Below are positions 1 to 10,424 of a stretch of 64,000 nucleotides of DNA, piece by piece. This stretch comes from Phallusia mammillata (Eukaryota): the NCBI GenBank assembly GCA_965637545.1, contig OZ281499.1:25978001-26042000 (forward strand), written 5' to 3'. Position 1 is the stretch's first letter, and each line of letters begins with the position of its first letter. The notes under the pieces are model-generated. The model ran no database searches and was not told the DNA's origin. It saw nothing but the letters and a program-made list of their open reading frames with translations. A program made the translations under genes and the position numbers.

Positions 1-3000
1 ACTGGCGGCAGGTGGGTTAAATGACCAGTCAACGCCCCACTGGCGAAGACGTTCTTCGATGTGAGTTTGATTCCATTTTTCAAGAGGCTCGCGCAGTATG
101 CGCTCAGCGCCGACGAAGTTCGTTCCATTATCACTGAAAATGCGCCTGGGCTTTCCCCGTCTTCCAATAAACCTTCGGAAAGCGTCAATAAACGAGTCAG
201 TAGAAAGCGAGTGCGCTACTTCCAAATGCACAGCACGCACGGTCATACACGTGAAGATGCAACCGTATCGTTTGACTTCGCTTCTTCCTTGTTTCACGAG
301 TATGGGTCCAAAGTAATCCACACCCACAGACGAAAACGGTGGCTCACCCGGAGTCGTGCGCTCAACAGGTAAGTCGGCCATCATTTGTTTCGAGACTGAA
401 GCATTTCTTCTTCGACAGAACACACAGTTTCCAAGGATTCTTCTTACCGCTACACCACCTCGCACAATCCAATATCTCTGACGAACAATTGCCCAAGTGT
501 GCGACATTCCGGAATGGCAAACATTAGCGTGTGTCTCGCGAATAATCAAAGTAGTAATGTGATGTGCGTTTGGGAGAATCATCGGGTGCTTAATTTCAAA
601 GGGAATCGGTGCCCTTTCCAGGCGGCCACCCACTCGCAACACACCACCAATCAAAACAGGATTGAGTCTATGAAGAGCTTTTGATGGCAGTTTCTTCATG
701 ACTTTCTTCTTCCCGGTGCGATCTAAGTCTTCGCACTTACACAATGCCTCTATTTCGTCAGAAAACTGTCTTCCTTGAACATATTTGACAATCGCTAGCT
801 CAGCCCTTTCAAGATCAGCGACAGTCAGTCTTTTGGATAGCTGTTGGTCCTTCTGAGAACGCAGATAGTCAACGAATCGCTGGAGCCAAGCAACTGCCTT
901 CTTTAATTTCTTCCAAGAAGAATAGCGACAAATTAAATCATCAAACAAACACTGCTCCTCTGCAACATGCACAGCCAACATTTTCTTCGGTTTCATGTTT
1001 AAATATTCCTCGGGAACATCTTTGGTATTCACAGGATTCGTAGGCCAGTGACGTTCATCGCTGCCTAAAAACGAAGGTCCGGTGAACCAACGCTTGTTTT
1101 GGAGAAAAGCCTTTACAGTACACCCACGAGATGCGTCATCAGCTGGGTTTAGTGCAGTAGGAACATGCTTCCACTGCGACGCGTCGGATCCTTCCTCAAT
1201 TTTTGCCAGTCGGTTGGCGAAAAAGGTACAAAAACGCTTATTTACGTTGTAAATGGATTGCAGAACTGCAGTTGAATCGGTCCAAAACACGGATCGTCCG
1301 ATATCCAAGTCAAGTTCCTGCCTTAAAACTTGGTCCATCTTGACAGCAAGAGTAGCTGCGGTCAATTCCAATCTGGGAATAGACACCATCTTCAAAGGCG
1401 CAAGACGGGCCTTTCCAGTAACAAAAGAACAATGCACATTGCCTTGTTCATCCACTGTTCGCAAGTATGCGACTGTTCCATATCCACAGGAAGACGCATC
1501 TGCGAAATGATGCAGCTCGTGCGTCTTGACTTCAAGTCCAGTGGTCTGAAAACACCTTTTAATCTTAATTTCTGATAGACCTGGAAGCTCAGAAATCCAT
1601 GCGTTCCATCTCTTTTCTATATCCGGTGGAACTTCCTGATCCCAGCCATAATTTTCTTTGCAAAGCTCCTGCAAAAGCTTTCGCGCATGTAATATTACAG
1701 GCGCAACGAAACCCAGGGGATCGAACAAGGAGCTGACCACGGAAAGTATTCCTCTCCTCGTTACAGGCTTCTTTTTGACCTTTACGTCAAATTCAAACAC
1801 GTCGGAGCGAAAATTCCACAATACTCCAAGCACACGTTCCATGTGCTTTACATCAACATTTAATATAATGGACTGTACAGATCTATCTTCGGTTGGGACT
1901 GACGACAACACACGCTCGCTGTTGCTCACCCATTTTCTGAGCCGAAATCCTCCGAGCTGCAACAATTCACGCAACTCTCCAGCCAATTTGATTGCATCGT
2001 CTTCGTTCCTTACGGACTTCAAACAATAGTCCACGTAGAAGTTTTGTTTCACTGTCGAAACCGCTTCAGAACTGAATTTCTCCTTGTTATCTTCAGCAGT
2101 TTTCTGCAAACAGTACCCAGCACAGCAAGGAGACGAGGCTGCACCAAATATGTGCACCAGCATCTGGTAATCAACGGGTTCTTGTGATAAATCGCCTTCA
2201 GGCCACCAAACGAATCTTAGTGCAGATGTATCGATCGGATCAACCTTTACCTGGTGAAACATCGCTTCTACATCGGCGACAAAAGCAACTGGTTCCTGGC
2301 GAAATCGGACAAGCGTCCCAAAAAGACTGTTGAGTAAATCTGGGCCTTGCAAAAGCTGGTCATTCAGCGAAATATTATGATATCTGGCGGCGCAGTCAAA
2401 GACGACCCTCACCTTTCCTGGTTTCTGCGGGTGTAGAACCGGGTGATGCGGCAGGTACCAAACAGCGCCATCTTCCGGCTTCTTGTCGTCGCCCTTTAAA
2501 CGTCTGGCATAACCCTCGTTCAAGTAGGTATCCAACGTTTGCTTGTACTTCTCATACAGCTGCGAATCAGTTTCCAATCGCCGTTTCAAGTATGACAAAC
2601 GCTTCATTGCCATAGCACGGTTATTTGGCAAGTTTGGAGCACCTGGTCTCCATGGCAATCGCAGTTGGTAGTGTCCGTCATGACACTTGACTGAGCTTTC
2701 CATCTGCTTCAATGCGTATCTGTCTTCTTTCGACAGTGTCGTTCCGGGTGACAACGCGGTTTGGCCAAAGTCGCTTTCCCACATGCATTTTATCTGTTGG
2801 TGCAACGTTTCGTCCTGCGAGGTTACAAAATTCACCCGTATCTGTGAACTTCTTGAACCATTACTATGACAAGGACCTACAAGCGACCAACCGAGCATAG
2901 AACGCACGGCACTTGGCTCCTTTCTTCCGCCTCTTCGTTCATCATTTATCCAGAACACCTCGGGAACGTTTGCTCCAATCAGCAACATGACTTCCCCATG

Positions 3001-5286
3001 GGGCAAGACAGGAAACTCTAAATTACGCAAGTGAGGCCATCGCCAAAGCGACCCTTCCGGTATTCTGTTTGGGGAGAATGGCAAACTGTCCACGCTCAAA
3101 ACGTCGTTTAATCGTACGGATTGCTTCCCGTCAAGCGACGCCACCATTAAATCAACGGCCAAACCTTCTCTTCTCTGTGACCTATCACTGACAGTGGTCA
3201 AGGAGTACGTTGTCTTTCTCCCCCCGACGTCCAGCTGCTCGATCAGTCGTTTGTCACACAAGGTTGTAGTCGATCCTTGGTCCAAAAAGGCGTAAGTTTC
3301 CAGTTTTCTACCATTATTGGCCGTAACCTTTACCGGCACTATGTTAAGGTATACACTCTCTGCATGAGTGCTCATGCAAGTCCAGGTGACAGTTGCATTT
3401 GATGATGTGGGTTTCTCTTCTGAGGCCTGCGTAGACGCTTCGCGCACGGGTGCAGTTGAAGAAGTCTTCCATTCTGTCCAGTGCAGAAGGTTGTGATGCT
3501 TTCCACGGCATCCGCCGATGGTGCAAGAGCTTGGTAAACTACATGTTCTTGCTATATGACCCTTTACGAAACAATTGTCACACAGCCGAACTTGACGCAG
3601 AAACTTCCTTCGCTCTACAAAGGTCTTCCGTTTGAACACGTCGCAATTGCCAAGGTCGTGCGATTTACTGCACAAGGGACATCCCTGCTTCTGAGGACTT
3701 CTCGGTTCAGCCTTACGCTCGTTTCCCGGAGCAACCGATGTCGCATGAGTCGATGCTCTTGACCTCGTCGAAGGAGATTTGCTGCGCCTTTTCTGCGCAT
3801 CTCTGTCCTTCCGAGGACCCAACACTCGACCAAACATCGTGGTTCCAATGTACGCTTCCTTCTTAACGAATTCAACAAGGTGACAGAAACGAGGCTCTTC
3901 CCCATTCCTTTCGATTTTAGCTGCATGTCTTCTCCATTGACTTTGCAGTGCAAACGGCAACCGCTTTATTATATTCAGCATATTTTCAAAATTGTTGATG
4001 TCTGCGAAGTATCCCAGATGAGTCAGGGTCACCAGGCACTCTTCTAATGCCTGTGCTAGCTCTATCAATCCGTCAGTATCATCGGATTTCAGATAAGGCC
4101 AGTGACTTAGCTTATCCACGTACGCACGTGCGATAATAATAGGACGTCCGTAACGCTCGAATAACAACTCTCGAGCCCTTCGGTAACCTTCCAGAGGGTC
4201 AAGGCCAACGCAAAAGGCAATCATTGCATGTGCTTCTTTTCGACAGTATTGGATGAGATAATTAAGCTTCACACTGTCGCTGTCTACACGTCGACCAATA
4301 TTTTCGTCAAAGCTTATCATGAAACGCGTGTACATTAGCGGATCACCATCAAAATACAATAGCTGTGGCCTGGGAAGCTCCATCCCTGCCTTCAAGACTG
4401 CAGCAACACGACACAGGTCACTCACCTCCGGCTCATGATTCAGCACTTCCGTTTTTGGTTTAGGTTCGCAACGCGAGGAGGACGGAATGTCCGTTACCTG
4501 CGCTTCTGAACTGCTTCTATTAATAATGCCGGAGTCTGATGCTTGCTTTTCCTCTTTTACTACTTCGGGTTTGGTCTCAGGTGAGAAGAGGACTGGTAAA
4601 TCAACTTGCTTTTCTGGCTGAAATCCAGCAAAACATGACCCAGATGAAGACGTCCTTTCCCATATCTCTGCTTCAACTGTGGCGGATTTTATCTTGTGGT
4701 CAGCTTCGAGAATTTTTATCTGGTTTTCCGCTTCCATCGTTTTCTGCAAAAGATTGGTCTCTGCTTCCATCTTTTTCTGCAAAAGATTGGTCTCTGCTTC
4801 CATCTTTTTCTGCAAAAGGCTGCTTTCTGCTTGCATCTTTTTCTGCAGAAACTCTTTTTCTAGAAGTGCGACCTCTTTTCTCACACGCGCCTCAGTACGC
4901 TTGCAACTCGACCTCGAGCTAGCATATGAACCAGTCTTACTTCTTGAATCAAAATCGCTGACCGACGGTTCCTTACTCGAATGTTCAGGCGGTTTGGAAC
5001 GCCTTACTTCCTCTAACCATTCATTTGTGCGCGCATCAAATTCTTGCTTGCCACTTCTCAAACTTGAGAGCGCAGCATTAATTGTCCTTCTTTCCTTTTT
5101 CTTTTTTACAAAATCCAGTCGTGTTGTATGTTTGCCAACACAATCGTCGTACAAGACATCAATGGCCGAAATCTTCTCCTTTAACTGTTGCACATTCGAG
5201 GAATCAATCATAATTTCCTCTGCATCTTGATATGTCAAGTTTAGACGTTTTACTAAACTGACAAGCATGCGTTGAGATTCAACCAT
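1..5286 (-). CDS. Gag-Pol polyprotein, single open frame, runs off window start (>=1762 codons); RT catalytic motif YVDY
   Basis: First ATG at 5286 after an in-frame TGA at 5376-5374. No stop found by manual translation down to base 1. Absent from the ORF track because its stop lies outside the window. Confidence 0.93.
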   Translation of the reverse strand, partial: MVESQRMLVSLVKRLNLTYQDAEEIMIDSSNVQQLKEKISAIDVLYDDCVGKHTTRLDFVKKKKERRTINAALSSLRSGKQEFDARTNEWLEEVRRSKPPEHSSKEPSVSDFDSRSKTGSYASSRSSCKRTEARVRKEVALLEKEFLQKKMQAESSLLQKKMEAETNLLQKKMEAETNLLQKTMEAENQIKILEADHKIKSATVEAEIWERTSSSGSCFAGFQPEKQVDLPVLFSPETKPEVVKEEKQASDSGIINRSSSEAQVTDIPSSSRCEPKPKTEVLNHEPEVSDLCRVAAVLKAGMELPRPQLLYFDGDPLMYTRFMISFDENIGRRVDSDSVKLNYLIQYCRKEAHAMIAFCVGLDPLEGYRRARELLFERYGRPIIIARAYVDKLSHWPYLKSDDTDGLIELAQALEECLVTLTHLGYFADINNFENMLNIIKRLPFALQSQWRRHAAKIERNGEEPRFCHLVEFVKKEAYIGTTMFGRVLGPRKDRDAQKRRSKSPSTRSRASTHATSVAPGNERKAEPRSPQKQGCPLCSKSHDLGNCDVFKRKTFVERRKFLRQVRLCDNCFVKGHIARTCSLPSSCTIGGCRGKHHNLLHWTEWKTSSTAPVREASTQASEEKPTSSNATVTWTCMSTHAESVYLNIVPVKVTANNGRKLETYAFLDQGSTTTLCDKRLIEQLDVGGRKTTYSLTTVSDRSQRREGLAVDLMVASLDGKQSVRLNDVLSVDSLPFSPNRIPEGSLWRWPHLRNLEFPVLPHGEVMLLIGANVPEVFWINDERRGGRKEPSAVRSMLGWSLVGPCHSNGSRSSQIRVNFVTSQDETLHQQIKCMWESDFGQTALSPGTTLSKEDRYALKQMESSVKCHDGHYQLRLPWRPGAPNLPNNRAMAMKRLSYLKRRLETDSQLYEKYKQTLDTYLNEGYARRLKGDDKKPEDGAVWYLPHHPVLHPQKPGKVRVVFDCAARYHNISLNDQLLQGPDLLNSLFGTLVRFRQEPVAFVADVEAMFHQVKVDPIDTSALRFVWWPEGDLSQEPVDYQMLVHIFGAASSPCCAGYCLQKTAEDNKEKFSSEAVSTVKQNFYVDYCLKSVRNEDDAIKLAGELRELLQLGGFRLRKWVSNSERVLSSVPTEDRSVQSIILNVDVKHMERVLGVLWNFRSDVFEFDVKVKKKPVTRRGILSVVSSLFDPLGFVAPVILHARKLLQELCKENYGWDQEVPPDIEKRWNAWISELPGLSEIKIKRCFQTTGLEVKTHELHHFADASSCGYGTVAYLRTVDEQGNVHCSFVTGKARLAPLKMVSIPRLELTAATLAVKMDQVLRQELDLDIGRSVFWTDSTAVLQSIYNVNKRFCTFFANRLAKIEEGSDASQWKHVPTALNPADDASRGCTVKAFLQNKRWFTGPSFLGSDERHWPTNPVNTKDVPEEYLNMKPKKMLAVHVAEEQCLFDDLICRYSSWKKLKKAVAWLQRFVDYLRSQKDQQLSKRLTVADLERAELAIVKYVQGRQFSDEIEALCKCEDLDRTGKKKVMKKLPSKALHRLNPVLIGGVLRVGGRLERAPIPFEIKHPMILPNAHHITTLIIRETHANVCHSGMSHTWAIVRQRYWIVRGGVAVRRILGNCVFCRRRNASVSKQMMADLPVERTTPGEPPFSSVGVDYFGPILVKQGRSEVKRYGCIFTCMTVRAVHLEVAHSLSTDSFIDAFRRFIGRRGKPRRIFSDNGTNFVGAERILREPLEKWNQTHIEERLRQWGVDWSFNPPAAS
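4731..4851 (-). repeat. 33-bp tandem repeat (about 3.7 copies) in gag encoding LQKKMEAETNL-like coiled-coil repeats
   Basis: Unit cttccatctttttctgcaaaagattggtctctg starts at 4731, 4764, 4797 and 4830. Confidence 0.9.
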
Positions 5287-5426
5287 CTTGATAACTTTGC
5301 TTATGCACAATTCAAAGTCCAAAGTTGAAATCTTCAATTTCAACGAGTTCCATGAGTTGAAAAACTTTATTTTTCAACGATTTCCGTAAGTTGAACACTT
5401 GTGTTCCAAAAGTTGAAAAACTTTAA

Positions 5427-6141
5427 TGTAACGACCGCTAGGTGCGCAGCCTGGCCCTGCGCCGTTCGTCACACTAGATAACCCTTTTTTGTAAAACGCG
5501 CCCGTCCTACAGCCTGTCCTCCAAGACGACCCACTCTTGCATTTGCAACGAATGTTCTTTTTTGGCGATAAAAGGCAACGCTGACGAGTAAACCAAGACG
5601 ACAACGTCAATAGCAACGGCAACGGTTTTTCTGTAACCACAAATAATTTACATAAGCCATACGTATACATTATGACGTCATAGCGACCATCACACAATAA
5701 GCAGTTTTAACAGTACACACAGGTCTTACTTAAATCCACGTTAATCAGTCACATTTTACATTAAAATTACTTACAATTACTCATAACAAGTCAAGTTACT
5801 GTTAAAATACACATTAACACAAGTTAAACACAAATAAAGTAAGAACATAAAACATACCAACTGTTGGGTAACCAGGGCTTTACTAGCACGCGGCTAGAGG
5901 TTCCACAACTGACAATTCAGCATTTTAGCTATTGCTCTTAACATTTAGTTTCACTATAAACACATAGACACAAGAAATTAGGATAAATTCACTTAAATTG
6001 ACTGCAAACCTAGCAACTAACGCAGCTCACAAAAACGTGGCGTTCAAAGCACATGCTCTGTCGCGGATGAATATTTCAATACGTCACGAATAAAGGAGAA
6101 CTTAAATCAGCCAAGCGGAACAATTAATTCTCGCTGTAACA
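5427..6141 (-). repeat. Candidate 5' LTR of the BEL element (about 715 bp)
   Basis: On the minus strand it begins TGTTAC at 6141 and ends GTTACA at 5427, directly upstream of the gag leader. The 3' LTR and TSD are outside the window, so boundaries are unverified. Confidence 0.55.
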
Positions 6142-6414
6142 TCCGGTAAACCCATTTCTTTTGGCTGAGGCACTTAAACGAGATATTAAGTTTCGCGGCA
6201 CACAAACGCGATCTCACAAGCGTTCCCATCGAAACTTGTGTTTAGACTTGGATCGAATTGCAAATGGAAAATTTTACTTGTTGAAAGTTTTTGGGTTACA
6301 AAAGTGATCAAATTGTCATAACCGCCTTGTGTCCAACTCTATTTTGGAACAATTGAATTACATACTGGTACTTATACATTATTTGACTAGCATTAGCACT
6401 TGTGTTTGTTACAG

Positions 6415-9118
6415 TGGTAACAATTGTCGGATCTTGTTCAACACCAGGAGCTTGCGAACTATTATGTACGGGAGTCACGTGAGTATCTTTTTAGAGCAAC
6501 AAGTTTTACTTTGTTATGTTAAAATCCAACTGCTAACTGTCAGTCATATTGGGTGTGAAACGTGTACAATATGTTTTGTAATGAAGAAAAATGCAGGGGT
6601 TTGTTATGGAGAGACAATTCATTTAATTTCCACAGAGACACATGTGAAGCAGCATGTTGCAACGACGCCGATAAATGTAATGGTCGAGCAGCTGCAGACA
6701 TAGACGACATTGTAAGGTGTGCGACCGGAACATCAACTGATGCAATCCTGGCTGGCCGCATTACGTGCACAACAACACAACAATGTGGAAGAACCGAAAC
6801 ATCTGTCACAACAGATGGTAAGATCAGTGGCATAAATAACGGTAAAGACTGACTGTCAACGAATATTTTTTTGTTTTTAGGAAACACTGTAGTTACGACT
6901 GAGGGGTCTTGCCAAGACATGGGAGCCTGTGATATTTGCGGTGTCACTGAGTAAGCTTAGTTCAACGAAATGCTTACAAATATTCCAGTTTTGCATTACC
7001 AAAACAGTAGCATAAACGCGTTGCAAGATACTGATATGACTCAAATGGCATGAAACAATTCATGTAATTTTCGGTTGGATTTAACCAGTATATACCTCTG
7101 TCATTTTTTGGCAAAGTCAGCAGTTTAGTCAGATGCAAATTTGTACTAATGTCAAATAGGCCACGTCCTCTTAATCTCCTTATTGTTGTGTTCAGAGGAT
7201 GTGTGGATGCTTGCTGCAACAAAGCTGATTCCTGCAACACTTTGACAGTCGCTGTACAGACCGGCAGAGTTTGTATGGTTGGAACAACTACTACAGTTGG
7301 AAGCAATCCTGCAACGGGAAGTTTAATGGCCACACATTGCCATCCGAATCTTTACTGTGGAAGAACTGAAACCACCACAATAACAGGTGGGAAGTAATAC
7401 AACATATATGTTAACTTTTTGGTGTAATAAACCTTGCAACCAACATGGCTATTGTAGTAATTAATGCAAGGGTGTCCCACCCTCCCCAATATTGGTGTAA
7501 TTCGTGCTTTTTCGATTTTACAGACAGCGTGGACACAATGGTTGTTGTTGGATCATGTCAAGCTTCAGCAGACTCATGCGACTTGCTCTGTGCAGATGAT
7601 TCGTAAGTTTACAAGCTCACACATTCTACAAAAATCAACATGTTCAATAATGCACAATTTCAGAAACTGCGTCCGTGCATGCTGCAACGATGCTGACGGT
7701 TGCAACAGTGTTACGGTTGCTATGATGACAAGCACGCTAATTTGCCATGACGGGACAGTCCCTGGAACAACTTTAACCGCATCAAACCCTTGCACCACAG
7801 CAAACCACGTCTGTGCTAGAACAGAAACGACAACAGGCATTGGAGGTAATAGAAGCTAGAAACACCAAAAAAGCCTGAAACTTCTTTTGCGTTGCCAGTT
7901 TATCCAACAAAACTTTTGAATCTTAAAAATGTCACAGGCTAATAAATGGCTTAACAGTACCAATGCTGGTAACACAAATATTTGTTCCTTTTTTCTGGTC
8001 AAGTTTTTAACTTTATTGATCTGACATTCATGAAGTTATTGAGGCCACAAGAATATTAAAGCACGGGAAAAAATTGTTGGGTACAAAATGTGTGAATTTT
8101 TCAGCAACAGTAATTTTTCGACGTATTTGTTTTAATCTTATGTAATATTTTAAGATTCAGCCACGGTTGAAACCGTTGGATCGTGTCAAGCTCAGACAGA
8201 CTGTGCAACATTGTGTGACTCAGTTGCGTAAGTAAAATCAAAAATTTTCTTTCACTGCTTTGAACAGTGCCTAGTTCGACAAACATTTTTTACTGAGCAA
8301 TGGTTTAAGACGCCCAAACACCATACAACCGACAAGTGCTACTATAATTGTTGATATACTTTTTCCACAGAAACTGTGTGAGTGCTTGCTGCAGCAGTTC
8401 GGATCTCTGCAACAGTTTAACAGTGAGCCAACAAACTGCCCGAAACTGTTACGTTGGAAGTTCAACTTCCGACACACCAGTTATGGATATGACTTATACT
8501 CGGTGCGCTGCATCCGAACAGTGCGGAAGAACTCAAACCTCTGCAACATCTGAAGGTAAACGACAAACTTAGGGAAAGTGTAACACCTCATGATTTACAA
8601 TTGCCTGAAATACAAACCCAGTCAACAGAAAAAGACCATTTATTTTACGGTTAGTTTCTGTTTCACAATAAACAATGCTGTTTATATTCAGGTACAACTA
8701 CAGTAACTACAGTTGGGTCTTGTACAGAAGCAGCCGAATGCGATAACCTGTGTGCAGGGTAAGACCTGGGAAACTAGTTTGCTCCATTCTATTACTTAAC
8801 CGTACATATTTGTTGGGTAAGAGTTTTCGTAGCTTTTTGATTTGAAAGCAATAACATTGAAATTATAGACCGTCTGCTGCTGATTGCGTTTCCACATGTT
8901 GTGATGCTGATGGCTGTAACTCCGAAGTAGTCACGACCACGACAACCACAACTACAACAACAACTACTACTACCACCATCACCACACCACAAGCAACAGC
9001 TACCGCAACAACCACTACAACTACTGCAACAACAACCACAGCTGGTGCTAAACAGGCAGCAGAAATTAATATTATGGTGATGTTGGGTCTCTTGGTTCTC
9101 GGTTGGTTCATGGCTTAG
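6415..9118 (+). CDS. Gene A: multi-LU (three-finger-like) domain, Thr-stalk, GPI-type surface protein; 5' exons missing from window; >=5 domains
   Basis: Exons 6415-6478, 6636-6817, 6881-6950, 7196-7386, 7524-7602, 7664-7845, 8155-8227, 8371-8555, 8692-8758, 8869-9118. All GT-AG and phase-consistent. Repeated CxxxCCxxxxxCN motif, 41-aa Thr stalk, hydrophobic C-terminus GAKQAAEINIMVMLGLLVLGWFMA*. Confidence 0.88.
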
Positions 9119-9718
9119 AGTGGGATGTTTTTTTTTCTTCTTTATAACGTACAGCATTGTTGCTTTTTGCGTTGAGAATAGAAAATATATTTGTCCACTG
9201 TGCTAGCGTTTTTACATCTTGCACCTGTTTTTTTGCGTAATATACCAGAAATATTATTCTATTTTATTAGCCAACTTGCAAATTGGTAAACATTACCGAG
9301 TTTAAACGTCTAAACGTGTGTTGCTTTTCGCCCACTTTTTATTAAAAAAGGCATTGCTTTGCACTGAACTATTTTTCAGTCAATTGTTAATGTCAACAAA
9401 CTTTTTACACCCTTAATTTCTTTCTGTGCTGCGTGTAACACGTAATTGTAAAAGTCAAAAGTTGATTACTGAACCAAATTAGACATTTTCATACTGTGTA
9501 GTTAACTTCAAATGAAGGTTATAATGGTGGCATAAGATGTACTTAACGCATACGTACGATATAAACGTTATTTAAAGTGAAACGTATTTTTGATCGGTCT
9601 GAGTTAACATTTTTCCTCGGAGGTTATTACCCATTAATCAAATGCTGTATTACTGATTTACTGTATCACTTTTGATTTAGTATTGCTTTTGTGTAAAATA
9701 TGTTTTGTTTCTTTAATG

Positions 9719-9842
9719 CAGTGTTTCTTAAACTGTGTTCCGCTGACAAAAAGCGGGCAGGCATGACAACCTTTAGAAGCCTAATTTCTTATAGTTTAAA
9801 TAGTCTTGGCCTGCAAAAAATGCCAAAGTTTGAGAATCACTG
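9719..9842. mobile_element. Short hAT (Charlie-like) MITE
   Basis: TIRs cagtgtttcttaaact / agtttgagaatcactg; flanking 8-mers ctttaatg / ctttaaag (7/8 TSD). Confidence 0.75.
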
Positions 9843-10156
9843 CTTTAAAGTAACGTGAGTTTAGGGTTTTAACTCTTGCACCTTTGCGTTCTGCTGTCTT
9901 ACACATATCTCAGTACGATGTTTTTAAATCAATAAGTTTTGCAATGGTTATTGAATAAAAACCAATGGATTTTTGAGGGGTTAGGCCGGTTCGCGAATTT
10001 GGAATCAGTTTCAGGTTTTGACTTGCATCCGAGTGTTTATAATAAACGACACGATTTTGGTGGAAAGTCACGCGCACTCATTTACAGACATGCACATGTT
10101 AGATGTTTGTTTGAGCGTACTAACAAAAATTGACAACCAAATCAATTTGATTGAAA

Positions 10157-10424
10157 TGTTGCAGCAATGGCACCAACTGCAACATAAAAGCCTGAGTTTC
10201 ACTACAGAGGTAACTCTAGCCAAGTTAAACTACTGAACGCTGAAAATAAAAGCTATGCATTATTAACAGGCACTTTGTCCACTGAAGTTCCCATGAAACA
10301 TTCCCAACATCGTTTGGTTGCTGAAATGACGATTATTCTGACCTGTTACACAACAACAGTGGTTGGCACAACAGTATGCACTATAACAACCTGTGTGTGG
10401 TAGATGGAAAAAGTGAAGCATGAA
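10157..10424 (+). pseudogene. Decayed LU-family exon relics
   Basis: TGT TGC AGC AAT GGC ACC AAC TGC AAC (CCSNGTNCN) at 10157-10183 followed by a stop. LVAEMTIILTCYTTTVVGTTVCTITTC at about 10314-10393 resembles the cluster's linker plus domain start, with a gtaaga donor nearby. Confidence 0.4.

Larger units (their letters stand above)
1..6141 (-). mobile_element. BEL/Pao LTR retrotransposon (3' part outside window)
   Basis: Minus-strand translation gives Gag with three Cys/His knuckles (CPLCSKSHDLGNC, CDNCFVKGHIARTC, CTIGGCRGKHHNLLH), aspartic protease LDQGS (Asp 3280-3282), RT (WYLPHHPV, DVEAMFHQV, HIFGAASSP), RNase H (HFADASSCGYG, IPRLELTAA, WTDS) and integrase (HHCC, VGVDYFGP, SDNGTNF). 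PR-RT-RH-IN order and these motifs are typical of BEL/Pao. Confidence 0.97.

Noticed and set aside
61-5230. Numerous plus-strand ORFs in the ORF track over the retrotransposon
   Set aside because: Shadow ORFs opposite the long gag-pol frame; no independent motifs.
8792-9157. Val-rich and Cys/Ser-rich minus-strand ORFs (also 20305-20505, 35770-35985, 45249-45456, 55553-55799, 63753-63953)
   Set aside because: They are antisense or off-frame readings of the ACN Thr-stalk repeat in the terminal exons.
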